Notes: a model not told the origin generated them from the letters alone. DNA of 58,324 nucleotides, filler included, from Circinaria calcarea (GCA_051942165.1; 5 parts of 5 records of this genome joined end to end with filler, not necessarily neighbours in it); one strand, 5' to 3'; counted from the whole stretch's first letter, positions 37,850 to 51,623 are shown. Numbers and translations: made by a program.

Positions 37850-38363
37850 CTAGTTGCCCTTCGAGTTGATGGTGACCATGTTGTTCCCGCGTACATATAC
37901 CCCTTGGTTAGATGATACGCATTCTCCGACTTGGGGCTTGTCAGCCTTGACTGTTGGGTTAAGAAAATTCCCAGTGAGAATTGCCCACGCTGCGCATAAT
38001 CAGTATGTTAACATTCAAAGAGAGGAAGAGTCTAGAGATCGGTTAGCATGGGATTACTTACGTGTCAGGTCCCCAGTTGTAGCGAACATGGCACTTTTAG
38101 CACCATACGGCCCACCGAAGACGCGATCCTGGTCAAAACCAACCTTCGGGTTGATGCTGAGTTGTTTCGCATACATGTTGCAATGCTCGTCGTAGAAGCT
38201 GTAAACCGTTAGCCACGTGTCTTTCTGAGAACAATGTTGGAGTAGGAAGTTAGAGTACTTACAACTGCGCGAGTCCTGGCCTTGGCCCATTTTTCTTTGG
38301 TGCTGGTGCTGGTGCGGCATTGCAAGCCACGGCAAGAGCTACTAGGGCAAATGTGATTTTCAT
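37850..38363 (-). CDS. Small secreted protein (~130 aa, 3 exons)
   Basis: Signal peptide MKITFALVALAVACNA; two GTAAGT introns splice in frame to ...DLTPWAILTGNFLNPTVKADKPQVGECVSSNQGVYVRGNNMVTINSKGN*; TATATTA upstream. Confidence 0.75.
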
Positions 38364-41300
38364 GATAGAAGTGTTGCGTGTGCCGTCTGGGCAAAGTAAA
38401 TAATATATGGAAGCCGGTTCCGGATGTACAAAAGATGAAAGTAAACGAATGTGTGTAGAATTTATCCATACAAGCCATCGCAGTGAGCCTTTATACCTGC
38501 GATGCCAGAGCCTTTGTGATATATACAATGCTCGGGATTGATAATCCCGCACAAAGAAAGAGGGACATCCTTAGCAGCGCCTACACAAAGCGACGGCCCA
38601 AGAGCTTGGGAATAAAGAGTGAAATGGATAAAGGAACCACTGCTTAGAGTATTCAGTGGTCAGACGACATAACAGTATGCAAGGCTCGCAGATTCACAGA
38701 CTCAGACGCATTTCGAGCAGTAAAGGAGGTAGCAGGCTCGGTGGCTCAGTAGAAATGGAATGGTGGTGGCGTAAGTCACGGATGGGTGTTATGGCCACAA
38801 ACTAGCAGGATACGGCGACATGCTAAGTGATGGTAAAGACCTCTCCAGTCAACAAACAGGCAATGCCTGGCTCGAGATCGATGTCACATAACCACCGTGA
38901 ATTCTAGAACGTATCTACTCGCGTTCACACGAAAATGAGTCGTTCTATCGTGGGCCAGGTCGGCCGGTCGCGCGCAGGTTCCTAGTCCCTTGTGGACTCG
39001 TTGAGTGGACGCGTTAAGTGATCAGTCATTGATTGTTACAGGTAGATTCATGTCACGACTATGTTGCTGCGCATCTTCCGAAACGGTAGCAGCAGGAAGA
39101 TCGTTCACTCTACCCCATCGCGTCTTATCCTAAAACGGCCGGATCAAGTCCTTTCAAGCGGTGAAGCAGTGTCCGTCCATACAGAACCCTTTTCGAGCCT
39201 CATCAACAAGTCATATTACGTTGCACTCGTTTTATTTGTCATCACTCTGATGTTGTCGCAAGGCGGGTTTGTTTCTGAGGAAGGACTTGAGTCTACTCAT
39301 GTTTGCTAGTGGAACATCTAGAGTTTCTCGACACCTTGCATGGTACGAAACTCCTTAAAATTGCAGCCACTGCATGCTGACTGGGCCGTCACAATTGGCG
39401 GTGAACGTATAGATCGGGCGAGCTCTCCGGTGGGTAGTGGCTTGGATATAATTCTTTAAAGCGTTGTTCCCTTTTACTTTCAATCCAAGTCGGTCCTTGA
39501 TTCCAATGAAGGTCTGCCTTTCTCAAGATATGATTGTCCTCAGAAGCTTGTAATTAAATCATCTCTGCCGTCTCAAAGATGCGAAATCTTTCTCTTATCT
39601 GTTCCCTGGTCGCTACTGCACTCACACTCCTCCTTACTATCATCTCAGCGTCTCCCCCATCCAGGACTGGAAATGATTGAGCGGCCACAGACAATGAATG
39701 GCACGCCAGCAAAGCTACTTTCAACCACTCTATCAGCCTCACACAGTCTCGTCCCACGGCCCATCATATTTACCTTGACCTCTCAGGGCTTCACTGCATT
39801 AGCTACCACAATCCCGCAATGGCCAATAGCGGTCTTCTATGTTTGGGATACGTGATGTATCCATTTTACCATGCGAGACCGGATTTATTCAATGAAAACT
39901 TGACGAGAACCCACGGGTCTGTTATTGCTTTGGAAGGTGTTTCAAATGGTACCACTCGACGCACCTCAAAAGATCATGGCTAGGAAGCAGATCCTTTCTC
40001 GTATTTCCCCCTTCTGTTCGACTTTATCGGCTGCTTGAGAAGGAACCAATTACTACTCTCACAACCCGATTGTTGAGATGACGCGGCTCCTAATGCTAGC
40101 CCTATCGAGATATTAATAAAACAATATTACTACTGTGCGTTGCGTGACCGAACAAGACAATCCGACCGGAACCCCTCTGCTAGCCCGGCGAGTTACGATG
40201 GCGTGACTCAGTCCCTATTTGTTTGTATATCTCCCGCGAAAGAAGATAGGAGTTGCTATCGTAGGGGTTATTCTCGCAGCCAATATGGCTTAATTGGAGA
40301 AAGCACCTATCGGAGTATGCTTACGGACCTCGTCTTCGAACTTGCACGGCTGTTTCCTAAGGCGAATAAGCCTTCACTTCTCGCCTGGTCTTTCAGCATT
40401 TGTGGGCTGGAATGCAGCTTCAGATACTGCTGTCAGGGAGCTATATTCTCAAATGCCTGGGGATATTTTAAATGTGTCCCATGCATTCATTAGGACTCCT
40501 ACAGCGCGCACCGGTGCTACATGGACATTTAACATTCTGCCCCGACAGATACAACACCTCACCCTACTCCTGCAATCCGGATCCTAGGCTTCAGGGGCTA
40601 GATGTTACATACTCAGACCCGTCTGCCGCAGTTCCCATTCTTGGGCTTTAGTACCAACGGAGGTTCCTTCAAGCCGGGCACAACTTCAAGGGGTGCAGTA
40701 GAATTTCACAGAGAACGTAGGAAGGCGCCGCTTATGGTACATACTGTCACACCCTTCCGGGAATATATCAATAACATCAGCGCTCGGGAAGGCTTTTCAT
40801 GAGCGTAAAGTTTCTATTCAAAGTGGAGCACGGAGACGTTCCAAGTAATTCTCTTGGTAATACGGACTCCTCTCTTGATAGTGTTGACAAGTCAGGAATA
40901 AGAAAAAAGTAAGTTGAACTGCCTTTGACACACGATGAAAAGCTATAAATTCTCAAACATGGTCAGATTACGGGGCCGGCTGATCCTTTCACCCGCGTGT
41001 TAGGAAAGACGCTAAAAAAAATGCGCAAATTTATGTTGAAAATGCCTCGACACACGACGGAAGACTCCCCCTCCCCCCACTTCAAACGCTAAGACGAGAA
41101 GAGTAATATACCTCAACACAGTTAGGAGCCCAAATACCCATCGAAAATGTCTGCAGCATACTCCCCCCCCCCAATGACGACGGGCCAAATATGATATAGA
41201 AATGAGCCATTATTACAGTACTTTTTTCCTCCTGTACCATACTTGCGCCGGTTGTGACATTGCATATTTTCATCCCCAATGCTTCCAGTACCAGTAACTT

Positions 41301-41661
41301 ATCATAAGACAGAGATGATGCTTGTTGCCGGGCAGGGACTGTGTATTCGGATTTCTGATGCCACATGTTTGGGTCCTCCGTCACTTTGCTTTCAATCCGC
41401 TTCGTTTCACGAATCTTTAGACGGGTAAGTTTTTTTTTAGGTCGGTGAAATCCATCCACGAAACACCGCGGTCGTGGTGCGGGTTGAAAGTGGATTCCTG
41501 TCCGGCCTTGCTGGTAATTTGAGCTCTGAGTGGGGATATAACAAAGTGGTTCTTCTTATCCTGTCCTGCGGATTGGGGTGTCGACTACAATAAGGCTGTC
41601 CTCGTTGGGTTTATATTCCAACCTTGGCGCATGAGGATTTTCAGATTAGAATTCTAATCCC

Positions 41662-43428
41662 CTACACTAAGCTAAATGTTTCTCTATCTATAGCCTGAGC
41701 AGCGCCTTGCTCAAAAGCCTCCCCGTCCATTGATCCATGTATATAGCACTCCCCCATGAACTCATAGTGGTCCTGGCCAGTGCTTCTCAAGACATAGAGA
41801 ACTTGGCCACCAAAGAGCATGCAGACGAGATCACCTAAGCTGGTAGCAGCCGGAACTATCCCCATCCGCCCTCTCGTGGTCCAGCATAACCTTCGACACC
41901 CTGACGCGCTCTTCAGCGCAACGTTCATCTGGTTCTTCCGCGCGCTTAGGCTGGGGTTTAGGGTGTCGTTTCTTGACTCGAGGAGTTCCCAGTCGACCAT
42001 GTGGCCCCGGGACTGGGTGAGGGGATTCATGTCTGCCAGGACGGTGGTGCGGAATGCCTCGTCCAGGGTCTGGCCGGTGGGAGCATAGCGAGTGTTGGGG
42101 GTTTCGGGAGCCCAGGAGCGGACTTCCGCGGTGCTGAAGGCGTTTTCTTCCCAGATTGCCGAGAGGGTGCTAATTTGGTCTATTCTGATACCGTCAAGAA
42201 TAAGACGAGAGCCTTCGATTTTCGCGTTGTGCGTCTTGTGGGGGCCACAAGCGTTGTATGTGGCGCTTGAGTAGCTTACGTTGGTGCAGAAAGGGTTGAG
42301 CCCAAGGTTTTCACGGAAGTCGGGTATCCAGCTTGGAAGCTCGGGGCCGTTGTGTGCGCTCTTGATGTGTTTCGAGTTTGCTGCGGGTCGGATGACGTGG
42401 CCGAGGACTTGGAGCCCATGGTCTGGCTGTGAGAGCGAGAAGCGTACTACGTCGCCGTATACTGCTTCCAAAGACTTTGCATAATCGGGCGAGATGCTTG
42501 CTGGCGATAAATCAGTTGCCAGGCCAAGAGGAGCATATACCTTGTCACGCGGGTCGGTGCTTTCCGTGCTGCGAGTGGACTCCAGCAAGCTCAAGAGGGA
42601 ACTGCCATAGCTAAATGTTCCGTCCCTTCTGAAAGCTTGGAGGAGGAACACTGGACCCCTGGCGATCTTCTGAAACCGGGAATCCAAATCCGTGAATTCT
42701 GCGAAATGATGGGCCATGAAAACGGCGGCGCATAGGTATATCATGTTGAACCAGTGATTGCCACAGTAGTATCTTGTAGGTGCTGGTCCTGTGGCTTCTT
42801 GATATACCCAGGCCCTTCGCCAGTAGGATTGGTTGAACATTTTACTGATCCCAAGCCAGCCCCTATAGCAGTCTGTCCCAGGCTTCGGAAAGATCTCCTG
42901 GTTATCGTCAGAAATGCCTGCAGAGGCTGCGTGTATGTCGTCGTTATTTGCCGCGAGTCCATCCCGAAGTACTATGTTGAACTTCCTCATCAGCTGCACA
43001 GCTAAGTAAGTCTCCTCTTCATCGTCGGGAACGCCGATCCAACTATATACATTGAATGCATGCTCGTACAGATACTTCATATGCAAGATCTGTGCATTAC
43101 GCTCTCGAACGTCCCTCTGATCAATGCAGATTGCATCCACTCAGAGCAGACAATTCTCCTCCCTTGTACGCCAGCCAAGGTGCGACAATGCATCGTGGAG
43201 GTTCTCCTGGATTGGGAAATCATGACCGTTCAACGTGATACTATACGTCGCTAAAGATGAGCGGCCTTTGCGATAAGGAGCTCGGCCCCAAGTGTATGAC
43301 AACGCGATGTAGGATGGCGCCTGATCTATAGTAACATGCTCCAGCTCAGCGGCTATACCATCCCCTGGTAACATTCGAAGTAGACGAATCTCATCTGCAC
43401 GCAAAGGTTGATATGAAAAAGTTCGCAT
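41662..43428 (-). pseudogene. HET-domain (HET-6-like) protein with one in-frame TGA at 43141-43143
   Basis: YQPL...EIRLL, YIALSYTWG, NLHDAL, LL*VDAICIDQ, YWRRAWVYQE, TDPRDKVYA, LPSWIPD, MGECYIHGSMDGE; both ORFs are in the same frame. Confidence 0.85.
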
Positions 43429-44191
43429 GGCTTTCCCCTCGATAAATGGCTGCCAAGATATTGTATTTAATTTCTTGTTCTTTCTGGCGTTTTGTAAATC
43501 ATTAAGGCTTGACACTGGCGATCGCTTTGGCGTGATCAGCGTGGTAACCTCGAGGATTTAATCAGCTCTAGACGTAGGCTGATGTGAACGACTTAAGTAA
43601 AAATGCAGTAAACCGTTATATCCTCTGTGAGAACGAAGTAAGCCAGCGGTAGCAATAGAAATCTAGGGTTCTTTCGAATTCCCAAATTGCATCCAAGGGC
43701 GGCTCATCAAGAGGTTTCCATCTCGGTAGGAGGTGGCCGAGTGTACCTTCGGCAGCAGCCTTGACTGGAACCACTTGTGCTTCGTTTCTCCCCCTTGTAA
43801 AGCGGCCATGCGCAAGTTCGAGGTACTTAAACGTAAACAAGCTCCTGCAAGGCTCGATAAGGGCCATCGCTTATAGTTGCTGAGCAACGGCGACGAGAGC
43901 GAGAGCAGGAAAGAGCAGGAAGATGAAGCTAACTTTGGGGTGGGATCAAAGCGCCCGCACCTTAATTCTTTGCTCCTCCTGCTCCTTCTCCTTAGCCCTT
44001 CCTGCGGCCTTGTCACTTGCTTCTGCCATTCTTCCCCGAACATATGGTAACACGTGGCATTGGCTGAACAAAGGCATTGCCCTTCCTCCGTATACCTTCA
44101 CGCTAGCATATTAATACTACTACCATACAGTAAAACAACCCATCATTTGAACATCACTTCTCGAGAAAACCCTCAGACCACCCCTCTCGAG

Positions 44192-44590
44192 ATGAGACCT
44201 AGCCAAAGGTTACTACAACACACGGCGCGCATCACGCTCTTTACACGCGCCAATTGCTCTCTGTGCGAGACGGCGAAAGCGATGCTGCGCGGTCTTGAGA
44301 AGCGGAGGAGTTTCGAGTACAAAGAGGTTGATGTCATGGCAGAGGGCCAGAAGGAGTGGAGGGAGTTGTATGAATTCGATACACCCGTGGTATTTGTCCC
44401 TTATACCCCATTCCAATTCATGTTTGTAGATTGGAGATGTTGACTTGAGTGTAATGTTTAGGTCCACATTCAACGCGTCTTCCACACTTATTCGGAACCG
44501 AACATAATAACTGAAGCCCGGAAGCTGATGCATCGGTTTGATGAAACACAAGTAGAGGCGCTCATTGATGAAGCCGAGGGGTATGCTTGA
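44192..44590 (+). CDS. Glutaredoxin-like protein (DUF836 type), 2 exons
   Basis: ITLFTRANCSLCETAK (CxxC), WRELYEFDTPV/VHIQR...KLMHRF; intron ~44390-44461. Confidence 0.85.
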
Positions 44591-44663
44591 ATGGAAGTGC
44601 TGGGCAAACATCACTAGGTCTATTTACAAGATTTCTAGCAGGCAATGGGAAAGAGAGGGGTAT

Positions 44664-45768
44664 TTATCGCTGGGTCATCTTCGCTGCTCCGAATACAGCT
44701 CCTTTGGCCACATTCAATGCAGAATGGACGTACGACCCTTTCGCCGTCGTCAGTGCCGAGGTCAGATAAGAGGGCAAGGCTACCATGTCCGCAACGACGG
44801 ATACCTAAGGACAAAATCAGCTGTCCAATAGGGACCGGGATTATCTTCAGATGTCAACATACCATGTTGAATCCCTGATCGGCGAACAAACGAGCCTGGT
44901 CTCCCGAAGTAGCGTATATACCGGTGCTCTTCTTGTTCTCTTTCGCTGCGCGCACAATCTTCGCAATGGCTTCCTTCAGCTCCGGCTGCATTGTTCCATC
45001 GAGGATTGGGTGACCGATGTTATTCCCCAAGTCGAAAGGACCGATGAAGAGGACGTCAATACCTGGAACCTTGGCGATCTCCTCGATCTAGACAACCGTC
45101 AGTACCCTTCTTGACTTGGAAACCAGCCTGCAGAATGAGACTCTCACATTCTCCAATGCCTCCATTGTCTCAATTTGTGCTATAGTAACCAAAGCCTCAT
45201 TTGCTTGTTGCAAATACTCTGTCATGGTGACGCCCCCAACCCTCTCCATCGCAAATGGCGACCCAAAGCCCCTCTGTCCTTGAGGCGGGAACTTGGCAGA
45301 CTTGACTAACCTTCTCGCATCGTCGGCGGTGTATAATAGAGGTACAACAATTCCATGTGCACCCGAATCAAGAGCTCCTTTACCGGCAAATTGTTAGCCA
45401 TTACCCAGGGTGGGTGATCGAGACTTTGTCATTCCTACCTACTTTTGACCATCCAGCCCTCATTAGCTGCAATCCTTACAATGGGACTGACACCGCATCC
45501 AGCAATTGCCGCTACCGCCTCGTGCATCGCCGCATCTATCAGTCAAGCCATCAGCGGAATACTCCGCTTTCGATTCCCGGCTCCCCTCCTTTGACCTCTC
45601 GACGTCCTCACCATCAATATTCCCATGCTCGGTATCTACCGTCACCCAATCAAACCCGCATCGCGCAATCGTCCTCGCCTGGTTACTGCCGGGCAACATC
45701 TGCCATGCTCCGAACGTAAGGCCTGAACCTGTTCGGAGGGCTTTTTGGAGACGATTGGCGGCTTGCAT
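44664..45768 (-). CDS. HpcH/HpaI aldolase family protein, multi-exon
   Basis: FGAWQMLPG, FDWVTVDTEHG, AKFPPQGQRGFGSPF, AQIET, GIDVLFIGPFDLG. Confidence 0.9.
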
Positions 45769-46548
45769 TTCCGACGATTGGGTACTGAACCACTGGAAAA
45801 GTAATGTAGGCGCAGGTTCAAGTTAGTAACTGTCTGGTTGTTGAGTCTGACAAGTCCAAACGCGTTTTGTCGGAGGTTTTCTGTTGACCTCGTTCGGTCT
45901 ATTTTCTGCGGGGTGCAGGAATGACGCAGGAGGGGCATGCTTCTTTCTGTTCTTGGTTACCCTAACAACAATGCACTGTTTTAGGGCTGGGCCCATGTTC
46001 AAAGTAGAATCCATCCGCTGGCAGTAAGCACTTTCTAACGCCTGCCCTATGTATTTGTTTCTTCATGTTCTTTCATGGAAAGCATCTTTTGTTCGATGCG
46101 GTGCAACATCGCCATACTTGTTTGACTCCACGCGACGCCAAAAGCATTGGACCGCGAATTCATCCAAAGTGTTTCATGACTCTATAAGAAATACTAGTTG
46201 TACGGCAGTGAAACAAATATGATAACACGATTATACATGTACCCCCAATCTGAGCAGAGGCGAGGATTATGACATTGATCTGGGCTTGCGATTGCAATAT
46301 GTTGGCACGGAAAACAGAATGAAACCAGATCCGATTATTTGACACTCGCTAGCCGTACAGCCATGCCCAGGAATGACGGAAGGAGACATTGTGCGATGTT
46401 TTGATAGGACATAGGATCGTCTGCTCCCAAACCGCAACCTATATAACGAAGAACTACCCCATTCTCCCACGCTCTCGCCCAAGACAACAAGCCACCCATT
46501 CCTCCCAGCTGGACCAAATCTCCTCTTTTCAGAACTCGTATCGCAACC

Positions 46549-46656
46549 ATGCGCCTCACTATCCTCCTCCTCTTGTTCTTCACCGCAAGTTTCACCACCA
46601 TCACCGCCCTTCCAGTGGACGACTCGTTCCTTCCGGGCAGCCTCCTGGACAGAGAA
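46549..46656 (+). CDS. 5' end of a secreted protein, cut by the contig end
   Basis: MRLTILLLLFFTASFTTITALPVDDSF signal peptide; TATATAA about 110 nt upstream. Confidence 0.55.
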
Positions 46657-46756
46657 NNNNNNNNNNNNNNNNNNNNNNNNNNNNNNNNNNNNNNNNNNNN
46701 TTAATTAATTAANNNNNNNNNNNNNNNNNNNNNNNNNNNNNNNNNNNNNNNNNNNN
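46657..46756. other. Artificial contig linker
   Basis: N44-TTAATTAATTAA-N44. Confidence 0.98.
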
Positions 46757-47098
46757 CGACGTTGTCTACGTTCAGCACTTTAAGTGTAACATACGAGACA
46801 TCCGTTCTGGGTATCCCGCGTTACATAAATGGCTCAGAAAGCTCTACTGGGATGAAGAAGCTTTTGGCTCGACCACCCAGCTCGAGCATATCAAGAAGCA
46901 TTACACAAAGAGCCATACCCAGATCAATCCATTCGTAAGCATCCACGCCATCACACTCGAGCATTACTAGTAGCTGTTGACTGCTGACGCGTAAACGCTG
47001 AACAGAGCATCACGCCCGTGGGGCCTGTCCCAGATATATTACCTCAGGACGAGGAAGTCCCTGCAGCGGTGGCAACCCTGAGATCAACAAATACCTAA
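46757..47098 (+). CDS. C-terminal part of an omega-class GST / glutathionyl-hydroquinone reductase (Ecm4-like)
   Basis: DVVYVQHFKCN...GYPALHKWLRKLYW...HIKKHYTKSHTQINP/SITPVGP with a GTAAGC intron. Confidence 0.9.
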
Positions 47099-48774
47099 AA
47101 CACAGCTGGAGAGGTCGGGAGACTTTAGGTTATTCTGTGTTCGATGACCGGAAATCCATTTGGCGGAATTTTTGGGTGAACCGCATTGCGATGACAGCAT
47201 ACCTCTAAATCAAACATAAATCATATCAACAGCCATGGGATCAAGGTTAAGGCACCGATGAATGTTGTTCAGGTCGTGTACGAGGTCTCTTCCGGAACCA
47301 GCCACAAGCGCTTGTCGGTTATACGTCTAAACGTGAAAGGTAAAGTTTCACAGATTCTGCCGATCCAAGCAGGTCTGGTAGGTATTGTATAATTCGGTCA
47401 GCAGACATCTTCGTACGAGAAACGTCTTCCATCACCGAGCTTGCTCTCTCAACGTTCATTTTCACCCAAATCTCGAAGACTACTCTTGGAGAGGTTTGTT
47501 CACTTTGCGAATCCATTTGCCCTCGCTTGTTTGTCCAACCGAAATCCTAATACTCTCTCAAATCTATCTCCGCTTGAACTTCTTTGTCCTTGGCTCTAGC
47601 TTCCACCTGTGTGGAAGCTGCACACCCTATGACCTCCGCGATCCCCGTACTTCTACTTGTCTCGATGCACCAGTTACCCGTATGGTAAACATCCTTTACA
47701 AGCTAAACCCACTCAACGCAGCAGGTATGCAGTTACTCACTTCGATCGTACCAGTATGACATTGAACCTAAGAGAAAATCTTATCGGCTATTATGTCCGC
47801 AACCTGAGGAATGTATCTGGTTGCGAAACGATACACCCTCGTTAGCATTTCTTTTACTGGCGGGTACCTACAGTCTCAGATGGGTCGAGGGCTTCGCTTC
47901 AGGCATCACTGCAGACCCAGGGGTAAGTGTTCAGTGCAATATTACGGCTCGAGTTCGTGGTTGCTTCGTCTCTGAGAAGTTGACTAATCCAGAACCCGAA
48001 CGATTAACCTCAAACTGTACGAGAATGCGAGAAGAGGACAGGACGAATATGTGGCCATATCTTTGCATTCACGGTTCAACGATTGTCAGTGACGGTCTTA
48101 CTAGCATGTATGTCGTACTTGGGCAGGTGCAAGTGACCAGTCCTCTGTAATTGCTAAAGTATGGTTCCAATGGGTTGCTCCAGCTTCGAATAAGAGAAAA
48201 CCTCGGGGCGGAGGCACGCCTTGGAAAGGAACGGTCGATGGTGGTTAGCTCTCAATAGAGATGGAGCGGATAACGTCTGTCCTCAATATGAAGCGTCTCG
48301 TGCAGAAGAGAATACGGTTCCATTAGTTCTGAATCTACCATGTGGCTTAGAAAAGGTGAACTGACCTTATCCCGATCATTGAGTCCAATCATAAGCAGTA
48401 GTTCTTCGGTATACGGATGACGCCAAATACAACATTTTGTTCATTTCTCTTCTCACCTGCTCTGAATAAGAATGAAGATTGCTGGACCGGATGCTTCGCT
48501 TTATTCAAGGGTTTGGAACACTGATCCCATTACCGCTTAGGCGCTCCGTGAAGAATCAAACGCTCCCCGGCCTTTGAGACAGAATCATTTCTGCGTTGGC
48601 CACCTTTTTGGTCTTCTGGTCGCTTCGTGTTGGTTGTCCCTCGGGAATAACAGACATCTATCCGATACATTTTCTTCACTTGACGCCTTTTAAGTTTCTG
48701 TCTTTACATCCTATGTAATGTTCTAATTAAAAACAGATAGACCGCCAGTGTCATCGCGGTCTTTGCATAGAAAA

Positions 48775-49524
48775 ATGAAATCCTCCTCCATCATTCTCCT
48801 CTTCCTGCCCCTGATCCTATTTCTATGCCAACAGGTAACCGTCACTGCAAGCCGCACTTGTTTTCGCGAGACCTGCCTGCCCAAGTTCTTGCCGCCAAAG
48901 TGCGAATCCGCACCCAGGGTCCCTCCCCGTAGGCGTGTCCATCCCCGCCGAAATGTCCCTTGGATCGGAAGAGACGAAAAAATAGTCCCAAATGGACCCT
49001 CCTCGAACGATGTCATCACGACCACCGCCGCCGGATCAATGGCCCGGCGCGGCAATGGGATATGCTACTACATCAAGCCTCGAGATGGCGACGGCGTATG
49101 GCATCACCTGCGTCAGGGCTCCGAGCTCTTCTACCTCCCCGCCGGCATCTACGCAGTCAAATGGCTCGAAAATGACGCGGACCGGACTGCTCGTAGGTTT
49201 TGGCCCCTTCCTTCCTTCCTTCCCCTCTTTCTATCCATCACCCCACGAAATCTTTCAACCCACCCTCCTATTCTCCACCGAAACCAGCCCCGCGGCAAGA
49301 AAATCCCCTCGGACCGATTGCTAAGCCCCAGGCGAGTTCTAGGCCTCATGATCCGAATCTTCCACGGCTTTCCGGGTAGCATCTCATCGCTCGTCGCGCA
49401 GCTGACGACGTACGGCGCGTTGTTCTACAGCGATGGGCTCCGTCCGCTGTATCTGGTCGTGCAGCATGCGCTGGATGAGGAGGCGATGAAGGATGGGGTG
49501 GAGGTTTGGCTGCAGGCTGTTTAA
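48775..49524 (+). CDS. Hypothetical protein with N-terminal hydrophobic segment, possibly secreted or degenerate
   Basis: ORF MKSSSIILLFLPLILFLCQQV...; no recognised domain. Confidence 0.4.
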   Translation: MKSSSIILLFLPLILFLCQQVTVTASRTCFRETCLPKFLPPKCESAPRVPPRRRVHPRRNVPWIGRDEKIVPNGPSSNDVITTTAAGSMARRGNGICYYIKPRDGDGVWHHLRQGSELFYLPAGIYAVKWLENDADRTARRFWPLPSFLPLFLSITPRNLSTHPPILHRNQPRGKKIPSDRLLSPRRVLGLMIRIFHGFPGSISSLVAQLTTYGALFYSDGLRPLYLVVQHALDEEAMKDGVEVWLQAV

Positions 49525-51099
49525 AGGGAAAGAGAGATAGGGAGGTGGGCGGGGCGGGAGTGGGAGGTAGTGATGGAAAATCGGGTCCGAGAGGATCGGG
49601 AGTATTGGTTACGACCTAGTGCGGTGCCTTCAAGTATGCCGTTTGGGGATGTCATCGACGGGGTTTTTTGATATTAGGAACGGAGTTTTAACGGAAGGAA
49701 GATGAAGGTAAAGATGATACGGTTTCGGACCGACCCAGAGCGCGATAGCGAGATTGAAGTCGAGGGGCTAGCAGACACGAAACACGTTCAAACCGGCGCG
49801 AGTGCCGAGATGGGGCATGCATGGCTACTTTTCATAGAAAGCAACGGAAGAAACACCAGACCAGCTCACCCCCCTTTTTCTTGAATCTCGGGAGCGAATG
49901 ACATCATGAGACGCAGCATCGGTCTCCTTCTTGAAGAATCAAGGCATCCAAGCTAGCCCTCGGGCTCAGCGTCATGGTCCCTTGGCAACGCTACCAAACA
50001 AGGCCATGGAAGCCTCCGTTCGAGTGGTTGAGAGAGCCGAACGCAGAAAGCCGAAGTACAGGGGGCCGAGCAAAAAAGGCTGTCGGTGATCAAGCAGCAG
50101 CAACAGCAGAAGAAGAAGAAGAAGAGGAGGAGGAGAAGGTTGCCGGTGGAGATGTTGCACCTGAACCTGAACCCGGTTCCCCCTGCCAAGCCCTCGGCAG
50201 CAAGACGAGCGGGAAAAGGAGCAAGAAGAAGCCAAACGGAACAACAAGGGACAAGAGGGTGGTCAGAGAAAAAATCAGAAAAAAGGGATTCCAAAGGAGA
50301 AAAATTTCACCAAGGGGAAAGTTATCAATCGCCAATCGTTCATAGTCCCTCGGTTCTCGCTGTTAGATTTTTCCTTCAACGTAAATCCTAACATCTTCTA
50401 TTTTTTTTTAAAAAAAAAACAGCAGATGATCTCCTTGGGCATGACTAGTGTAGCGATGAGAATATCCCTGCAAGTCCTTACCTCATCCTTTTTGGGGGGT
50501 GTGGATTCATAGGTCTTGATTCAGTTATATATATACTGAAATAAAGATCCTTCCACTCACATACGACCATAGACTCCAGAACACTGGGCATCCCATATGT
50601 CCGGCTCCACCGCGTCAGAGTCTCGTTCGTCCGAATAAGGTTTAATAAAGGGAAAAAGCGGCGACGTTATTCACTCTTAACTCTCTGGCCCTTCTTGTCG
50701 CCGTTTTTTTCGCCGCAACGCTGTTAATTCTGGATATATAATATTCGGTTCCGGCGTCGTGTCAGCTATTCCTGGCTCCTTATATCTATAATAGCTCGGA
50801 AACGGGCTGAAGGGCATTACCCACGACTTTTTTTCTTAATTTATGCCTCCTCGAACTTCTCCTCAGTGTATATTCTTCTTCTTTTATCTCCTCGATCTCG
50901 CTCGAATCTATTTATCAGCCATAAACCACCGTGGCTGAATATCTTAATCGAAACTGAGACTGGATGTCACGGTTGTAAGTGGCAGCCTGAAGGGGGTGCG
51001 CCCTACGGGCGCCCTACAGCCCTACCCACGGGGTATAACACCCCCGCTGTACGTAGCCTAAGCACCTTCGTGCTTATATTCTAGCTTAGACTGCAATGC

Positions 51100-51600
51100 A
51101 TGCTATGAAGCCAATTGAGTCCCTGACACTGGAATATTATCTTAAAAAAAACATTAATAAGTTTAATAATAATAAGGCTAATAAACTTTTTATTATCGCT
51201 CGCATCTAATTAATCGTAATAATAAAAAAATAGAAAAAATAAAATATATTCCTGAATCTGTTGGATCTACGAATTACGGCTGATATAAGAAAATTTTTAT
51301 ATCTTTATCTAAAGAGATTATTAATAATATTTAACTCGGAGTACCGCTCCCCTCTTAATTAAATATATAAAATAGCTGTTGCGCGGAAGCTAAATTAAAT
51401 AAATTAATACCGCGGTAAACCGGTTTTGTAGGGTGTAGACCGTATATAAATATAAAATTAAAAAATATATAAATCCACTGATCTCCGCTCAGATAACTAC
51501 GATAAATAAATTATTCGTCCCCGTTTATATCTAATAACTAAGCTTCGGTAGACCATTAAAATAAAACTAAAAGAAAGGTTTGGATTATTAGAAGAGAGGG
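51100..51600. repeat. AT/TpA-rich, RIP-like degenerate repeat
   Basis: Abrupt AT enrichment with dense TA/TAA and few CA/TG dinucleotides; no ORF; adjacent to an LTR-like element. Confidence 0.6.
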
Positions 51601-51623
51601 CCAAAGAAGTAGATGTGATAACG

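Noticed and set aside
39000..41500. Short ORFs that might be gene remnants
   Set aside because: No recognisable motifs, splice structure or codon signal
41662..45768. HET, glutaredoxin-like and aldolase genes as a functional cluster
   Set aside because: No pathway logic linking them; ordinary gene neighbours
11597..46756. Regularly spaced TTAATTAATTAA repeats as a biological array
   Set aside because: Embedded in N runs; a standard six-frame-stop assembly linker
49953..50391. Several overlapping ORFs on both strands
   Set aside because: Produced by CAG/GAA/GAG trinucleotide low complexity; no evidence for a real gene
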